Origin: Basidiobolus meristosporus CBS 931.73
Lineage: Eukaryota; Fungi; Basidiobolomycota
Assembly (NCBI GenBank): GCA_002104905.1
Contig: MCFE01000677.1
Span: 1 to 47,045 of the forward strand
Length of the DNA stretch: 47,045 bases
Reading direction: 5' to 3'
Shown: one piece after another, positions 25,834 to 38,042 of the stretch
How positions within the stretch are numbered: the stretch's first letter is position 1
Layout: every line of letters begins with the position of its first letter
Position numbers and translations under genes: made by a program
The notes under the pieces: generated by a model
Told to the model about the DNA's origin: nothing
The model's database searches: none
What the model saw: the letters and a program-made list of their open reading frames with translations, nothing else

Positions 25834-26865
25834 TCAGGCGCTTGGCCTACTGTCTTCGATTTTCAATGTGAACTCATTGTTCTCTGTGTTCTTCATCGGT
25901 TGATAGGTGACCGGCTTTTTCGAGTCATCCAGGCCATAAATGTAGCTAGAGTATATTACCAAGGAAGAGCCTATAATGAAGACAAAGGTGACATGGAAGT
26001 CGAATAAATAGATCGAGCATAGACTGGACACGATGATCGATATGCTCGTAGCGAATCCTTTGAGGATGTTGTCGGCGTATTTAACCACCATGGCCACAAT
26101 GATCCCGCCACAGGCCTGGCACGCGATCGCCATGAATGTATATATATTGTAACCGTACCAAAAGCCATTGGACATCACGCTCTCTCCATCCATCCACAAG
26201 ATTCCCAAAAAGAAGGCCGGGAACAGGGAGAAAAATGAGAGCTGGATGTTACGGACCCAGAGGGAAGCGCGTGTTCCTTTGAGAATTTTCTCGAAGTACA
26301 CGCCAGCCAGTCCAGAGAGAACACAGGCACACACCACAGTGGCCAGGCCAAGTAGCCGCTGACTGCTCTTCTCCACGTCGTCCGAGATATCGGTCTTGAT
26401 TTGCACCAAGATCACCCCAATGGTGAGGAGAACCAACGAGAACCATTTCTTGGCTGATAGGGATCGTCGAAGTATGATGACAGTACAAAGCGCGGTGGTG
26501 AGAATCTTCAGTTGGTAAGTGACTTGGAAGGTGGCTGCGTCCAAGAGAGTGACCGCCACGTACTGTAGGTTATTCTGCAAGGTGTAAAGTCCGGCGGGAA
26601 TCATGAGTTTCCAGGCGTCTCTGCCAAAGATTTCGGAGAATATTTCTCCAGGCTGGATACGCCCCTTTGTTCTGAACTCGTCACGAGCGTGCATGTATAA
26701 GCATATGAACAGTTTGGAAAGCTCGGATAGCGCGACTGCTGTTGAGGTGGCGTAGCGGGGTTCAAAATGGCGTGACTGTCTCATGACAAGGACCAAAGCA
26801 CTATTTTGAACGACCAAGATGAGTAAACTCAAATACTTCATTGGAATTTTCTCTGGCAGTAACAT
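25834..26865 (-). CDS. Nucleotide-sugar transporter, SLC35A/UDP-galactose (Gms1-like), single exon
   Basis: MKYLSLLILVVQNS, STAVALSELSKL, IPAGLYTLQNNLQYVA, LDAATFQVTYQLKILTTA, SGLAGVYFEKILK, SLWVRNIQL, VVKYADNILKGFATSISII. Confidence 0.92.
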   Translation of the reverse strand: MLLPEKIPMKYLSLLILVVQNSALVLVMRQSRHFEPRYATSTAVALSELSKLFICLYMHARDEFRTKGRIQPGEIFSEIFGRDAWKLMIPAGLYTLQNNLQYVAVTLLDAATFQVTYQLKILTTALCTVIILRRSLSAKKWFSLVLLTIGVILVQIKTDISDDVEKSSQRLLGLATVVCACVLSGLAGVYFEKILKGTRASLWVRNIQLSFFSLFPAFFLGILWMDGESVMSNGFWYGYNIYTFMAIACQACGGIIVAMVVKYADNILKGFATSISIIVSSLCSIYLFDFHVTFVFIIGSSLVIYSSYIYGLDDSKKPVTYQPMKNTENNEFTLKIEDSRPSA

Positions 26866-27493
26866 CTAAAGATAGGAGTGGCTTTAAACATCGGCCGAAA
26901 ATAAAGAACAAGAAACAAGTGAACACGGGCAATTCAGGGAACCACAGTTACCTTGGAGTAATCGTGTCGGCGCTAGGGAGATAAAGACAAAGAAACACAC
27001 AAGTCTCCAATGGAATAATCTAGTAATACAAAAGACAGGTGAATCGGATTCATGGAAGTCAAAACGGGATTTTATAAAGGCACAAAATTGTCTTTGTACT
27101 GCCTTGTTGGCGTCCAATTGCATGAATACTATACAGATCCAATGATTTAATTATGTGAATTGAGGAAGGCAAGTCAAAAGTGCTCAGCCCAATTTCGCTT
27201 AAAAATAGAACATGCTATATTTCAGCAATGCGACAATCCACCGATCCAATCACTCCCTTTAGGCAAGCAAACAACAAAGATTGCTACGTGACGCCTAATA
27301 CGCCGAGACGAACGGCAAATTCCAAATAAATTACCATGGAGTAAGCCAGCTTAGAGGCTGAGCACCCAATCATACACAAGTGGTTGACACGAGTATTTTC
27401 TTGCAAGTATTAGTAAATTAACAAGGGAGTTCGTTAGGTATCATTAACAATTTATTTCATTTTGGAAGAGATACCACCATGAGCAAGTGTGAA

Positions 27494-28012
27494 TTATTGT
27501 TCCATGGCATCAGCAGATTTGGCAGAGCGGTCCTTGCGCTCAAGGAGAGCCTTGCGATCTTTGTCGAGCTTGAGGCTGGTGACAACAACCTTGGAGGGGT
27601 GGACACCAATAGCGGTGGTGGCACCGTTGACCTTCTCGCGAGTGAGACGTTCAATTTGGATGACCCACTTCTTACGGTAGACTTGGACAATCTTGCCTTC
27701 ACGGCCCTTGTAGGTACCACGAACAACCTGAACTTCGTCATCCTTACGAACAGGAATGGAACGAGCATGGTACTTCTCTCTCAACTCCTTGGAGAGAGCA
27801 GCAGACATGATCTTTCTTCTGATGCTAGAAGGAGCGGCAAAGTGGGCCTTGCGGCTCTTGCGGCGGGAGGAGCTGACGTCTACAAGAACAAGATTAGCAA
27901 ACTGTTTCGTGCGATTCCCGAGAACACTACCACAACAAAGACACTGTCGGGGCTACTCTCGTTGATGGATGGCGGTTGTGGAAACGGATTATTTACCTTG
28001 ACTGAACTTCAT
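27494..28012 (-). CDS. RPL26: 60S ribosomal protein L26 (uL24), two exons
   Basis: MKFSQ|[34 protein letters not shown]...[13 protein letters not shown]...KVVQ-like [17 protein letters not shown]...[25 protein letters not shown]. Confidence 0.97.
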
Positions 28013-28380
28013 CTTAATCCCCAAGCACTACACGAAGTCTGGTAGTATATTTGAAAGAGAAAGTTTCAAAATTTATTTTTCCTGGATTTTTGTCGTTATT
28101 TCTGGATCATGTGATATCGAAGCGACATTCGGTTGGCTTACATGGAATTTTTTTCGAATCCTCGTTCTTGACGTGGTAATGGTTAACCAAGTCTGATCGA
28201 AAACACTCGAACCCGGTGCCTGATTAATTTCCTGAATTGATCGACCGGATGACAACATACTTACTCGTTATGACTGCACGGAAGGGATGGATTAGTAAGA
28301 CCAGATAAATATTTTGAACAGTCCTTGTTTCGTTGGATAAATTGGTCTCAACGTGAGAGCGCACCTAGTTGAACTTGAAA

Positions 28381-29393
28381 ATGTGGGTCTTTGGCTATGG
28401 TAGTCTTATCTGGAAAGTGGATTTCCCTGTTGAGAAAATGTAAATGCGAACGACTCTTCTTAACCACATATCATCCTCAACTCTTTCCTAATTTTCTAGA
28501 GTACCTGGATACATTAAAGGTCATGTTCGACGCTTCTGGCAGGTATAGTGCCCAACATGAAGTGTCCCCGCTGGATAACTACTAATTCCCCCTTTATTTT
28601 AGGCTAGCACTGATCATAGAGGGATTCCAGGTGCTCCAGGAAGGGTGGTCACTTTGATTCCACACGAACAATGGAAGCTTTTAGACGACTTTGTATGTAG
28701 CTGATGGGTTGCGTTCCTCATATTATATTTGCTAACTCTCTTCTTTACAGCATGAACACTGTGAAGATGACGTTACCTGGGGGGTTGCGCTGAAAGTACC
28801 GGAAGATCAGGTAGTGGCAGTGAAAGCCCACCTGGATTATCGGGAAAAGGTAAATTTGAATGTGTGGTCTTCGTTTCAGGGTGGGTATGCTAACCCGGCT
28901 ATGGTACCAGGGTGGCTATACCGAACACTACATGGATGTCTTCAACTACGAAAGTGATACGCCCGTTGTTAAAGATGTAAGTCATTCCATCGTTTTATTT
29001 AGCTGTTGTACATATACTGAGCATTCCGGATCAGGCCCTAGTGTATGTTGGCACCACCATGAACCCGCAATATGTCGGACCAGCTAAATCCGAAGATATT
29101 GCATACCAGATTTATTCCTCGGTTGGTGCGTCCAGCCAGCATTTTACCTAGAACCTAGCGATTTCGAGACTAATTTGATGTTCTTAGGACCCAGCGGGCC
29201 AAATGTTGACTATCTACTGAACCTATGCGAGGCGCTCCGCTCCATAGCCCCTAGCGCTCGAGACGATCATATGTTCGACTTGGAGAAGAAGGTCAAAGCG
29301 TTGGTTGCGGCCGATGCCCCCAAAGCATCGGATGGGAAATACTCGGCGTCGGATTTGATACTGGAGATCTTGGCAACCAACGTCTCTGCCTAG
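28381..29393 (+). CDS. GCG1: ChaC-family glutathione-specific gamma-glutamylcyclotransferase, multi-exon
   Basis: MWVFGYGSLIWKVDFP, GYIKGHVRRFWQ, STDHRGIPGAPGRVVTL, TWGVA, HLDYREKGGY, GPSGPNVDYLLNL. Confidence 0.92.
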
Positions 29394-29865
29394 CCCATAG
29401 AATACAGTGCGTTAAAACCACGACTGGCTTGCCAGGCAACATCGACCAAACTGGTGTCAGCCAACAACCTGCTAATCAATAAATGTCTCATTAAGATGGA
29501 ATTAATTACCCCAATTTGATCAATTTCTCATGATTAGATCAGCCAATGAAATTTCTTCTGACGACAGACCTATACTTACTAAGTTGTCAGATCAGGATCA
29601 TATTTACTGAGTAATGTGCAGTGTAGGGCATGAATCCATTGAAAGGCCAGCCAATGATGACTTGTTTTTTTCCGCTCACCAGTCCTTTTTTCTGCCTACA
29701 CGGAAACCTTTATTAAGCAGCCATAAGGTTGTCTAGTCTATCCCCTGTGGGCTATATATAAAGCTCGACCTCTGTCTTGAGTTATTTCAAATAATCTTTG
29801 TATTCCCTTCTGATAGAGCCACTCAGACGAACCACTTTGTTGATTGGTGTTTTTTTAAAAAAAAG

Positions 29866-31293
29866 ATGGGAGAGGTAAGTTGAGGTTAGTTTTCTCAACA
29901 TCAATAAAGATTTGTTGCTGATCTGATGGGCCAACATCACGGCAGTTCGAGGAGCTTATGAGACTTGCTACTCAACACACCCGTGAGGTTGACAAAGAGA
30001 TTGAGCGCAAGAAAAAGAGGCAACAACTTGAAGATGAAAAAAAGCGAAGAGAGCAGGAGAAAAGAAGACAAGAAGAGAGGGCCACCACGGCCATCCAATT
30101 GGCCGAATTGAGAAAAAGAGATTTGGCCTTGGAGAGGGAGAGAGCGGAACGTAAACGGGAACGGGAGAGAGAGATGGAAAGAAAAAAAGGCCTTGAGGAG
30201 CAAGCCAAAGGCCGTGATGTACGGGCTGGCTCTATTAGAAAGGAAAAAGCAAAATCCCAGCCCTATTCCGAAGAGACCACAAGGAGAAAGGTGAGTCAAG
30301 TCTTGGTTTGGCTTTTTTTCGTGAGACTATGAGCAGCTCAATGTGCATATCTTTTTCATTAGCCATACACGTCTATGTCATTCGATGATTTAATTAATCA
30401 AGCTTCGGACATTCCCACATCAACGTTTAAACTTGTTCCGACCAGTAGGTCAGGGCCAAGCACCAACAACTCTCGTAATCCAGCAGCTAGGCGGGACGCC
30501 ACTATTTCTAGTCGTGCTGCTAAGGACACTTCGTCCAGAAACCCATCTGTCCGAGATCGCAATGGTTCTGGTGAAAGGAGCGCCATTAGAACAAACAGCG
30601 CGACCAAATCCGGAGACGACGATCCCTACAAAAAACGGTCAAGCAGAGCGTACGAGTCGGATCGTACTCGTAGCGTGTCCTCCAGTAGAAGCATCCCAAC
30701 GAAGTCTACTGCTTTGAGAGATGTGAGAAGATCGGCCAGCGACCTTGATGTTCCCACCAGAAAAGCCAAACTATCTCCAGGTCTCAAGCCATCCAGATCT
30801 TCGGAATCCGCCAAAGCTCGTAGACGTAGCCTATCACCGCCACCCAAATCTCGCAAAAGAAGCGTCTCTCCTCGCAAGTCTAGTAGCCGCAAGCCTTTCG
30901 ATGATTCGGAGTTTAATGAGGATTATGTTAAGAAGGGAAACATCTCATCCATCATCGGGCAGCTCTTTGGTTATGACAGATCAAGGTAACGTCCAGATAT
31001 TGATGCACCTGCGCCCACCCGACATCTAACCTCTTTGAAGATATGTCAACGAAAGATACTCTGATGATGATATGGAGGCTAGTATGACCGATTTAAGGAA
31101 GGAAGAATCCAGAAGGTATGCTGGTTGTTACGAATTCAGCCTTTAAGCAACACACTAAATGACACTCTCTAGCGCCAAAATTGCTCGTCTGGAAGATGAG
31201 CGCGAGGAAGAGTTGGAGCGCCAAGAGCAAGAACGGCTTCGTGCTCGTAAGAAAGCCAAGCTAGAGATGGAAAAGAAAAAAAGGGCCCGCTAG
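29866..31293 (+). CDS. SPT2: Spt2 chromatin protein / histone chaperone, multi-exon
   Basis: Charged coiled-coil N-terminus, S/R-rich middle, and the C-terminal SPT2 motif ISSIIGQLFGYDRS..YVNERYSDDDMEASMTDLRKEESRSAKIARLEDEREE. Confidence 0.85.
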
Positions 31294-31611
31294 AGTAAGG
31301 TAATGAGGTAGAAAGAATGCTGATGATTCTTTCGACGTTGAAGTTAACCAGCCTGCCATTCCACTTGGCGTTTGGAAGCCTGGTATGACAAGGGCATGCG
31401 GAACGTCTGACCCACATCGTCTTGTAAAGTTAGGCTGGAGACACTCTCGTGCGAACAATGAACAAATATCACGCTTCAAAGCGGGCAGTTTAATAGATTA
31501 TCAGGTTTAGATATCAATAAATGTACATATTCAACATTCTAGGGTTAGTTTGATTAAGGGTGAGGAAGTATTAACAATAGAGAGAGATAAATATACAACG
31601 GGGCATGTTAA

Positions 31612-32889
31612 TCAGGGGGATTTCTCTAATAGCGACTGGAACCAAGGATCCCAGAACATCTCTTCGACAGAAGGACGTTCGGCCGGATTGGGGTTCAACA
31701 TTGAGCGGATAAGAGGCAACGTATCGGATGGAATATTTCTGAAGAATTCATCTTCGTGACGATGCTTCAGAAAATTGGCGTATGCGCGGTTGGTGGGACG
31801 GGCAATCTCCCAGGGGAACTTGCGAAGAACCATGCACACGTACACAATTGCCAGCGACCAAATATCTGCTTTCGCTGGGTCATAGGGGGAGCCCTCGTGA
31901 ACTTCAGGTGCAATGTATGGGTCGGTCCCGGTTATAGATGTGGCGAGCTTACGCTTGCGGCTAAGCGAGTCGCCGAAGATAAATGCACAGCCGAAATCAA
32001 TCAACTTGATTAGCCCGTCTTCCCCAAGACAGAAATTTTCTAGTTTCAAGTCACGGTGTGCAATACCGCGCTGATGCAAATACTGCAGAGAGTTTACCAT
32101 CTGCACGAAATAACGATTGATCTGATGCTCGCCCATATTCACCCCTTTGAAGAGGGCCACCATATCCATTGAGCAAAACTCCATCACCTGGTGGATTTGA
32201 CCATCTTCTAGAGCCACGTCGATGGTTTTAATGATGTTAGGATGGTCGAGCGAAGCACCGATGTAGATTTCATTGCTGATGATCTCGTAATAATGTCTTC
32301 TCCCCTCAGACCCTCGAATGGGACGAAAAGTCTTGATCGCAAACTTCCCTCCACAAGCCATGGAATAAGTGGAATAGACCCTCCCGCCTGAACCCGAGCC
32401 CAACATCTCGGAAAAGGAGCCGTAAAGCTCGACAAGCGAAGGCTGGTTACGGCTCTTCAAAGCGATGATCAGCGGAAGATCATCTACCACTTCCTTCTTG
32501 AGCGGTCTCTTGTGGAATTTAGTTTTCAGGTGGGTGGAAAGCCGGGGCCCTCTTTGTGTTTTCCTCTTTGGATTCTGGATGGCTGAAAAAACAAATCGAC
32601 GGGAGATCTGAGACAGCTCTGAGATATCAACTTTAGTAACCTCCGAATCCTTGAGCGACTCGTCTGAGGTAAGGGTCGAGAATGTAGATAGTCCATGGGC
32701 GACAGGGAGAGTAAAGTCGGTGGTTGCTTCGAAGTGAAAGGTGGAAAGTGGATCTTCGTTGGCCGATACGAGGAACGGTTTCTCCTGGTAGAGACTTTTA
32801 TCAGAAGATTCGGGATAGAGCATTTTCCTTGATGCCTGACGGTTGAATATGCTGATGATTAGCCGTGGTCGACGTGGGTGTCGATGCAA
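31612..32889 (-). CDS. Ser/Thr protein kinase, fungal Npr/Hal (Hrk1/Sat4-like) family, paralogue 1, single exon
   Basis: GSGSGGRV, FAIK, ISNEIYIGASLDHPNII, HRDLKLEN, DFG, GTDPYIAPE, DPAKADIWS. The true start may be the downstream MLYPESS. Confidence 0.9.
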   Translation of the reverse strand: MHRHPRRPRLIISIFNRQASRKMLYPESSDKSLYQEKPFLVSANEDPLSTFHFEATTDFTLPVAHGLSTFSTLTSDESLKDSEVTKVDISELSQISRRFVFSAIQNPKRKTQRGPRLSTHLKTKFHKRPLKKEVVDDLPLIIALKSRNQPSLVELYGSFSEMLGSGSGGRVYSTYSMACGGKFAIKTFRPIRGSEGRRHYYEIISNEIYIGASLDHPNIIKTIDVALEDGQIHQVMEFCSMDMVALFKGVNMGEHQINRYFVQMVNSLQYLHQRGIAHRDLKLENFCLGEDGLIKLIDFGCAFIFGDSLSRKRKLATSITGTDPYIAPEVHEGSPYDPAKADIWSLAIVYVCMVLRKFPWEIARPTNRAYANFLKHRHEDEFFRNIPSDTLPLIRSMLNPNPAERPSVEEMFWDPWFQSLLEKSP

Positions 32890-34839
32890 GATGCACTTTG
32901 CTGATGTTCACGAAGGAGTGCGAAAGATTGAAAGGGACCGGAGATAATACTGCTGGCTGAATCTTAGGAGATATATATTGAAATTAGTGGGTGCGCCGTA
33001 CATAACTGCCTGCGGAAACATTACTAATGATGGATAGGTGGATCTCTTGGGAATCAATATTTTGATAAACCTATTCTGGAGTCTCATTCGCCAAGAAATT
33101 CACCTAACAATAGGCCCCTGCCTAGCATCGTTTTGTAGTAGAAGAGCGGCCTCCACGTGTTTTACTCGACGAAAGCTTGATGATTAATCCTGCTGCGGTT
33201 CCTAAGAGAGTTAGCTCGCGTTTAGAGTGGATCGATTATGTCATCATCATCGTGACTCAAATAAGCTACGATCTTTTTCCTTCGATAAGCAATAAGATTT
33301 TAGGGGTGCCTCTCATCCACCCCCAATCAGGTGCGGAGATGGAGGAACGGAGAAGTTTCTCCGGGAGCTCCTGTAATATCCCACTAATCTTATCAAGATC
33401 GAGTGTTCATATTGGTGCGATATTTCTAGAATATGCTTTCTCTTTGTTGGACATATTGCCTCAATCAAGCTGTCCGACTAAACGTTGGGCTTGGTATTCC
33501 GTATTTGCTAGATTACGTTTCATTGACAGTTAAGCGTGCTTATCATGTCACCAATCTATATTTGTCGTGAAATCGGGTGGATTCTTGATTATTGTTTGAG
33601 TGTATCACCCGGAATGTCACAAACTCTTCATTCCAATGATGGTCCAATCAATGATCATCCTATATTAGATACATTGAAAACCGGGATTTTCATTTCCTTC
33701 CGGAGTACGGACAACAAGACTTGCGGAAACGTCCTCCCTACGTGGATGCAGTCAAGACATAAAGAACAGTCAGGGGGGAGTGGGGTGGACTATCCTAAAC
33801 AGATCAGTGGCGATGTTTGCATGGCCACTCGTTACCGAAGGATCGATTGTTCACGGAAACTTGTGCTTTAATGTCTCTGCTTGTTTTGACTGTACCTACC
33901 GATAGATGGTGGCAAAGGTGCGATACTTGATGAATCATCGAGATCTCATGCTGGAGAAACACTGCCAGGGGAATCCTAATCCGGATTTCGAGCCTCCGTT
34001 AGCACGCTTCAAGATGACCCCTGCACCCAGTCAGTGAGAAACATCAATGCAGATTTTATTATTGTCAACTTCAATCAGAAACCGGCGAATGTATGAATCT
34101 CCTCTACCCATCCGCAGTTTCCTTATTGCTGGAATTCCGCGGACTCCGAATTGCCAGGCTGGCATGAATTTAGTAAGCAGCTCAGAAGGCCCTTGCTGCC
34201 AATCAGCGTGATGCAGCTCTATCAGATACACCGTCATGCTCATATTAATATACACACACTTAACGGGGGTCCGATTGGAAGCTTTAATCTAATCAATTTT
34301 CTATCAGGTTGTGGCATTGCTGGCATGGTTGGCATTATTAGTAATTCTGAACACCAGCCTACGATCACGAATAGCACAGCAAACCAGATCAGCTATCAAC
34401 TGACGAAATCAAGTATCAAGATTAGCTTCCGTGCTATAGCCATTTTTGGGAACTTCAAATGAGCTTTATCGTTCTGCATTTTCATTGGCCCCTGAGGCGA
34501 TATCAAGTCCATCCTCTGCATTCGCACGATCCGCAGTAATGAGCTAGCGAGGCATTTTCCGGAGCACTATTGGCCGGTTTGGCGCTGTAATCCAAATAGA
34601 TTAAGTTAATCAACAGATATACACTTCCGGAGAATTTCCCGGAAGCCCGCAACAACTTCGATCGATGTTATAGACGTAATTAGATATTGCTGCTACAATA
34701 ATTAGCAATTTTGATCCACCGGAACTTCCTCGGCCACGGAGGAGAAATCCCGAATGCCAAATTTCCATCCCTATAAATAGGGGCCATTCTACCTTGTATC
34801 CAACATCAATACATTCGTGGATTCCACTCTGGTATCAAG

Positions 34840-36039
34840 ATGCAAGTCCCTGAAGTTGTATACACTATTGTTAACAACAAGCCATTTTATCAAACCAATT
34901 TCCATACCAACATAGCTCCTCCAAACAAGGGCCTTCAGATCCCTTATCACTCATACAGCCAAGCATCCTTCTCCCTTGCCGACTCCCACAAAACCAGCCT
35001 CTCTTCCTTCTCCACATTCACTTCCAACGACTCACAGTCATCTGGGTTTTCGGAAGACTCCGTTCCAGAGCGGTTTGTATTCTCGGCAGTCAAAAAGCAG
35101 TCCAAGAAGAAGCATTTCAAGCTTTCCAAACTACTGAAAGCCAAAGCCAAGTCCAGCAAAAAGGCTGAACCCAACCAGCTACCCTTATTGGATGCTTTGA
35201 AGAAGCGCGATCTTCCCTCCCTTTCGGAGTTGTACGGATCCTTCTCCGAATATATGGGTGCCGGTGCCAGCGGCAACGTGCGCTCAACATATTCCTTGCG
35301 TGACGGCAAGAAGTATGCAATCAAGACATACAAAGCCAAGCAAGAGGGTCAGAAGGATAAGCACTATTTCGAGCGTATTAGTAACGAGATTTACATTGGT
35401 GCATCGCTCTCTCACCCCAACATTATTCGTACAATCGATGTCGTAATGGAAGAAGGTCAGATTCACCAAGTGATGGAGTTCTGCCCTAACGATCTTGTCA
35501 CCATCATCAAAAGCGGACAAACAACTCAAGAAGAGATTAATGGATACTTCGTTCAGATGATGAAGGGTCTTCAGTATCTTCATCACCGTGGAGTGGCCCA
35601 TAGAGATCTCAAATTGGAGAACCTTTGCGTGGATGAGCAAGGCACATTGAAGATTATCGATTTTGGAAGCAGCTTTATTGTGACCAATCCTCTCGACTCA
35701 CTCCATCAAAAGTCCGCCACATCGCTGGTCGGAACTGATCCGTACATCGCACCCGAGGTTCATGCCAAGAAAGCATACGATGCCACTAAGGCTGATATCT
35801 GGTCAGCAGCAGTGGTGTTTGCAGCAATGGTTCTTCGCAAGTTTCCCTGGAAGGTGGCCCTGGAATCCGACAGCAGCTACGTCAAATTCCTTCAAAACCG
35901 GGACAAAGATGAGTTCTTCCGAGTGCTTCCTCAGCAGTCAGTGAGCCTCATCCGGAAGATGCTGGATCCCAACCCGGATAATCGTCCCTCAGTTGACGAT
36001 ATTTTCGAGGACTCATGGTTTCAATCATTGGTGTTGTAA
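34840..36039 (+). CDS. Ser/Thr protein kinase, fungal Npr/Hal family, paralogue 2, single exon
   Basis: GAGASGNV, YAIK, ISNEIYIGASLSHPNII, HRDLKLEN, DFG, GTDPYIAPE, DATKADIWS. TATAAAT at about 34772. Confidence 0.92.
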   Translation: MQVPEVVYTIVNNKPFYQTNFHTNIAPPNKGLQIPYHSYSQASFSLADSHKTSLSSFSTFTSNDSQSSGFSEDSVPERFVFSAVKKQSKKKHFKLSKLLKAKAKSSKKAEPNQLPLLDALKKRDLPSLSELYGSFSEYMGAGASGNVRSTYSLRDGKKYAIKTYKAKQEGQKDKHYFERISNEIYIGASLSHPNIIRTIDVVMEEGQIHQVMEFCPNDLVTIIKSGQTTQEEINGYFVQMMKGLQYLHHRGVAHRDLKLENLCVDEQGTLKIIDFGSSFIVTNPLDSLHQKSATSLVGTDPYIAPEVHAKKAYDATKADIWSAAVVFAAMVLRKFPWKVALESDSSYVKFLQNRDKDEFFRVLPQQSVSLIRKMLDPNPDNRPSVDDIFEDSWFQSLVL

Positions 36040-36938
36040 ACACCCTCCTCCTCATACCTCCCTCGCCCCCTTTCTCATGTAATATACACATTAACCACAT
36101 TCAACTAATACAGCTCAACCCGATGGCATTCCAATAATTGTACCATACCTCCGTCACACGACTAGAACAATAAATAAACCCCATAATATCCATTACACAT
36201 TTGCCTAAATGGGCCGAGTTGGCCACCAATTCTATTAACCGTTTGATTGTAATTCCAAGCTTGGGAATATTCGACATATATGGCTATACACGTCAGGGAT
36301 TCCATATTGGTCTTGCTCGGTGGGGACGATTGCATTGTACTCGCCCACGTTTGATCCACTCGAGCCAGGCTCGTCCAATCATGTCTTGTACGTTGGATGT
36401 GTTGCCAAGCGATACTCTTTTGGAAAGATCGATCTTTCGGCGAATATACCAAATCCCCCGCTTCCCACCGAGGTCCGTATCCTACGTACGGTTGATATAA
36501 CATAATGCTTTCGCTGCGGACCCACCGACTGACGCGCATTCTTTCGGTGCCGTCAGAGGGTAGAGCATGGGCGGCTCACCGGGGATCATTTCGTTCATTC
36601 ATCAATCCCCAACATCACCCTCCATGATGCCGTTGAACCATCGCCCAACCCTGACGTATCCAACAGGAATATCCCCGTTGCGGCAATCCGGAATCCCGGC
36701 CAATTTTATCACACCAATTCCCCTTGGCAACCTGTTGCCGGTTACAGTAATTGAGGTGGTGACCCAATCCGGTACTATCAACACTTGGTGAGCCATGTGA
36801 AATTCATGGGCGTTGCAGTTCCTCATAAAATCCCTGGTCCCACGCTTCACCTAACGAAGGCCACTGTCATCAGGGGACGGCTACTTGGACGATAGATGGC
36901 CGGACTGTCATTTCCGCTAGCCTCCTTGTGGAGACCAC

Positions 36939-38042
36939 GTGCAGCCGTCTCACCATCCACGGAGAAGTAGCTTCGTGGCAGATGTCTTCCTTGGTATCTC
37001 GGAGCGTCCGACCAGTTCAACCATTAGCACGAGTGGTACTGGAGTAATTGGCAGTTTGGGTGGATCTGAGAGCAATTCTATTGTTCCATGGCCGCGGCAG
37101 CACTGGTTAGCATCTACGGACACAAGCTTGACCCGTCTATTCAAACAGGTTCCTTACTTGCAGCCCGGTCAGCCATTCCTTGTTGCCAAGTGTCTGACTT
37201 GGCTCCTTTCACTTTATCTAAGATACGGAAGAGACAAGGAGGTGCGTTTTCGTAGTCCCCCCGAATGCCCACCAGTACCCAGCCCGCATATCTGATAGAG
37301 AAATAGAATGGCATGTACTGCATGCTCCCTTCCGACACAGGAAGCTAGCAATCGGAAGTTTGGCCACCAAACAAACCGACCACCTAAAGGTACCAACCTA
37401 CTTTCAGCCCTTAGATCCACCTAGTTGGATCTCGAAGTCTGGCTCGACTACTATCAATACCTGTCTAAGCCCATAGCTAGCGAGAAGGGGGTGGCGCTCT
37501 TCCGTAGCATCGATCGTATCATATCACGCAAATCTTCGGGTTTCTTTGGCCTCCCTTTGGCATCTCTCCATAAGATATAAGCTACTGTTTATCTGGTCGG
37601 ATTTGGTGCTTCTACCATTGGAAGTCCCATTACTATATCCGAGTCTCCACCTCCTAGGCATGGGAACTCACGGCTCAAGAAATCCTGTAGGCTTTGTTTT
37701 GGCGAAAATGAAGATCCACTCAATCGGGTATATTATGCTTGGATACAGTGCCTTCTTCGTCGAAAGTTCGATGCTGAACCACTTGGAATTCCATTCATAC
37801 GGTGCCCTAATATCTCTTTGAAATTGCGGAATCCCCGGAAGTTACCACAATATTCGGTCCCACCCCCAAAGTCCCCAAACCTGCACACCACTTCTCAGGT
37901 CCTTTTCGAACGCTGCGGCAAAGCTCACTCCAAAGCGGAAGCTCTTTATACCATCTCAATAAACCCACTCGTGGACACTGTTGCGATGAATCATTCTAAC
38001 CCCCCATGCTATTCACTCATCTTACTCGTGTCTTATTGCTAA
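36939..38042 (+). pseudogene. Possible decayed spliced gene of unknown product
   Basis: A frame can be threaded through candidate introns 37149-37222, 37242-37306 and an unusually short 37390-37424, then continues to 38042 with one in-frame TAA near 37570. No family recognised. Confidence 0.2.

Noticed and set aside
25834-26865. Nucleotide-sugar transporter as the equivalent of the tptA gene flanking Mucorales sex loci
   Set aside because: Motifs are SLC35A/UDP-galactose type rather than triose-phosphate-transporter type; it is 11 kb and several genes away from ORF C, and no RNA helicase is present.
15362-28045. Long antisense or alternative-frame ORFs over the SR gene, RPS15, RPP2 and RPL26 (e.g. 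15362-15721, 19690-20169, 20601-20984, 27479-28045) and over SLA2 and the kinases
   Set aside because: Shadows of real genes caused by biased codon usage and low-complexity repeats; no independent motifs.
29866-31293. SPT2 counted as a fourth HMG gene of the cluster
   Set aside because: Spt2 is only loosely called HMG-like; no HMG box is present in this sequence.
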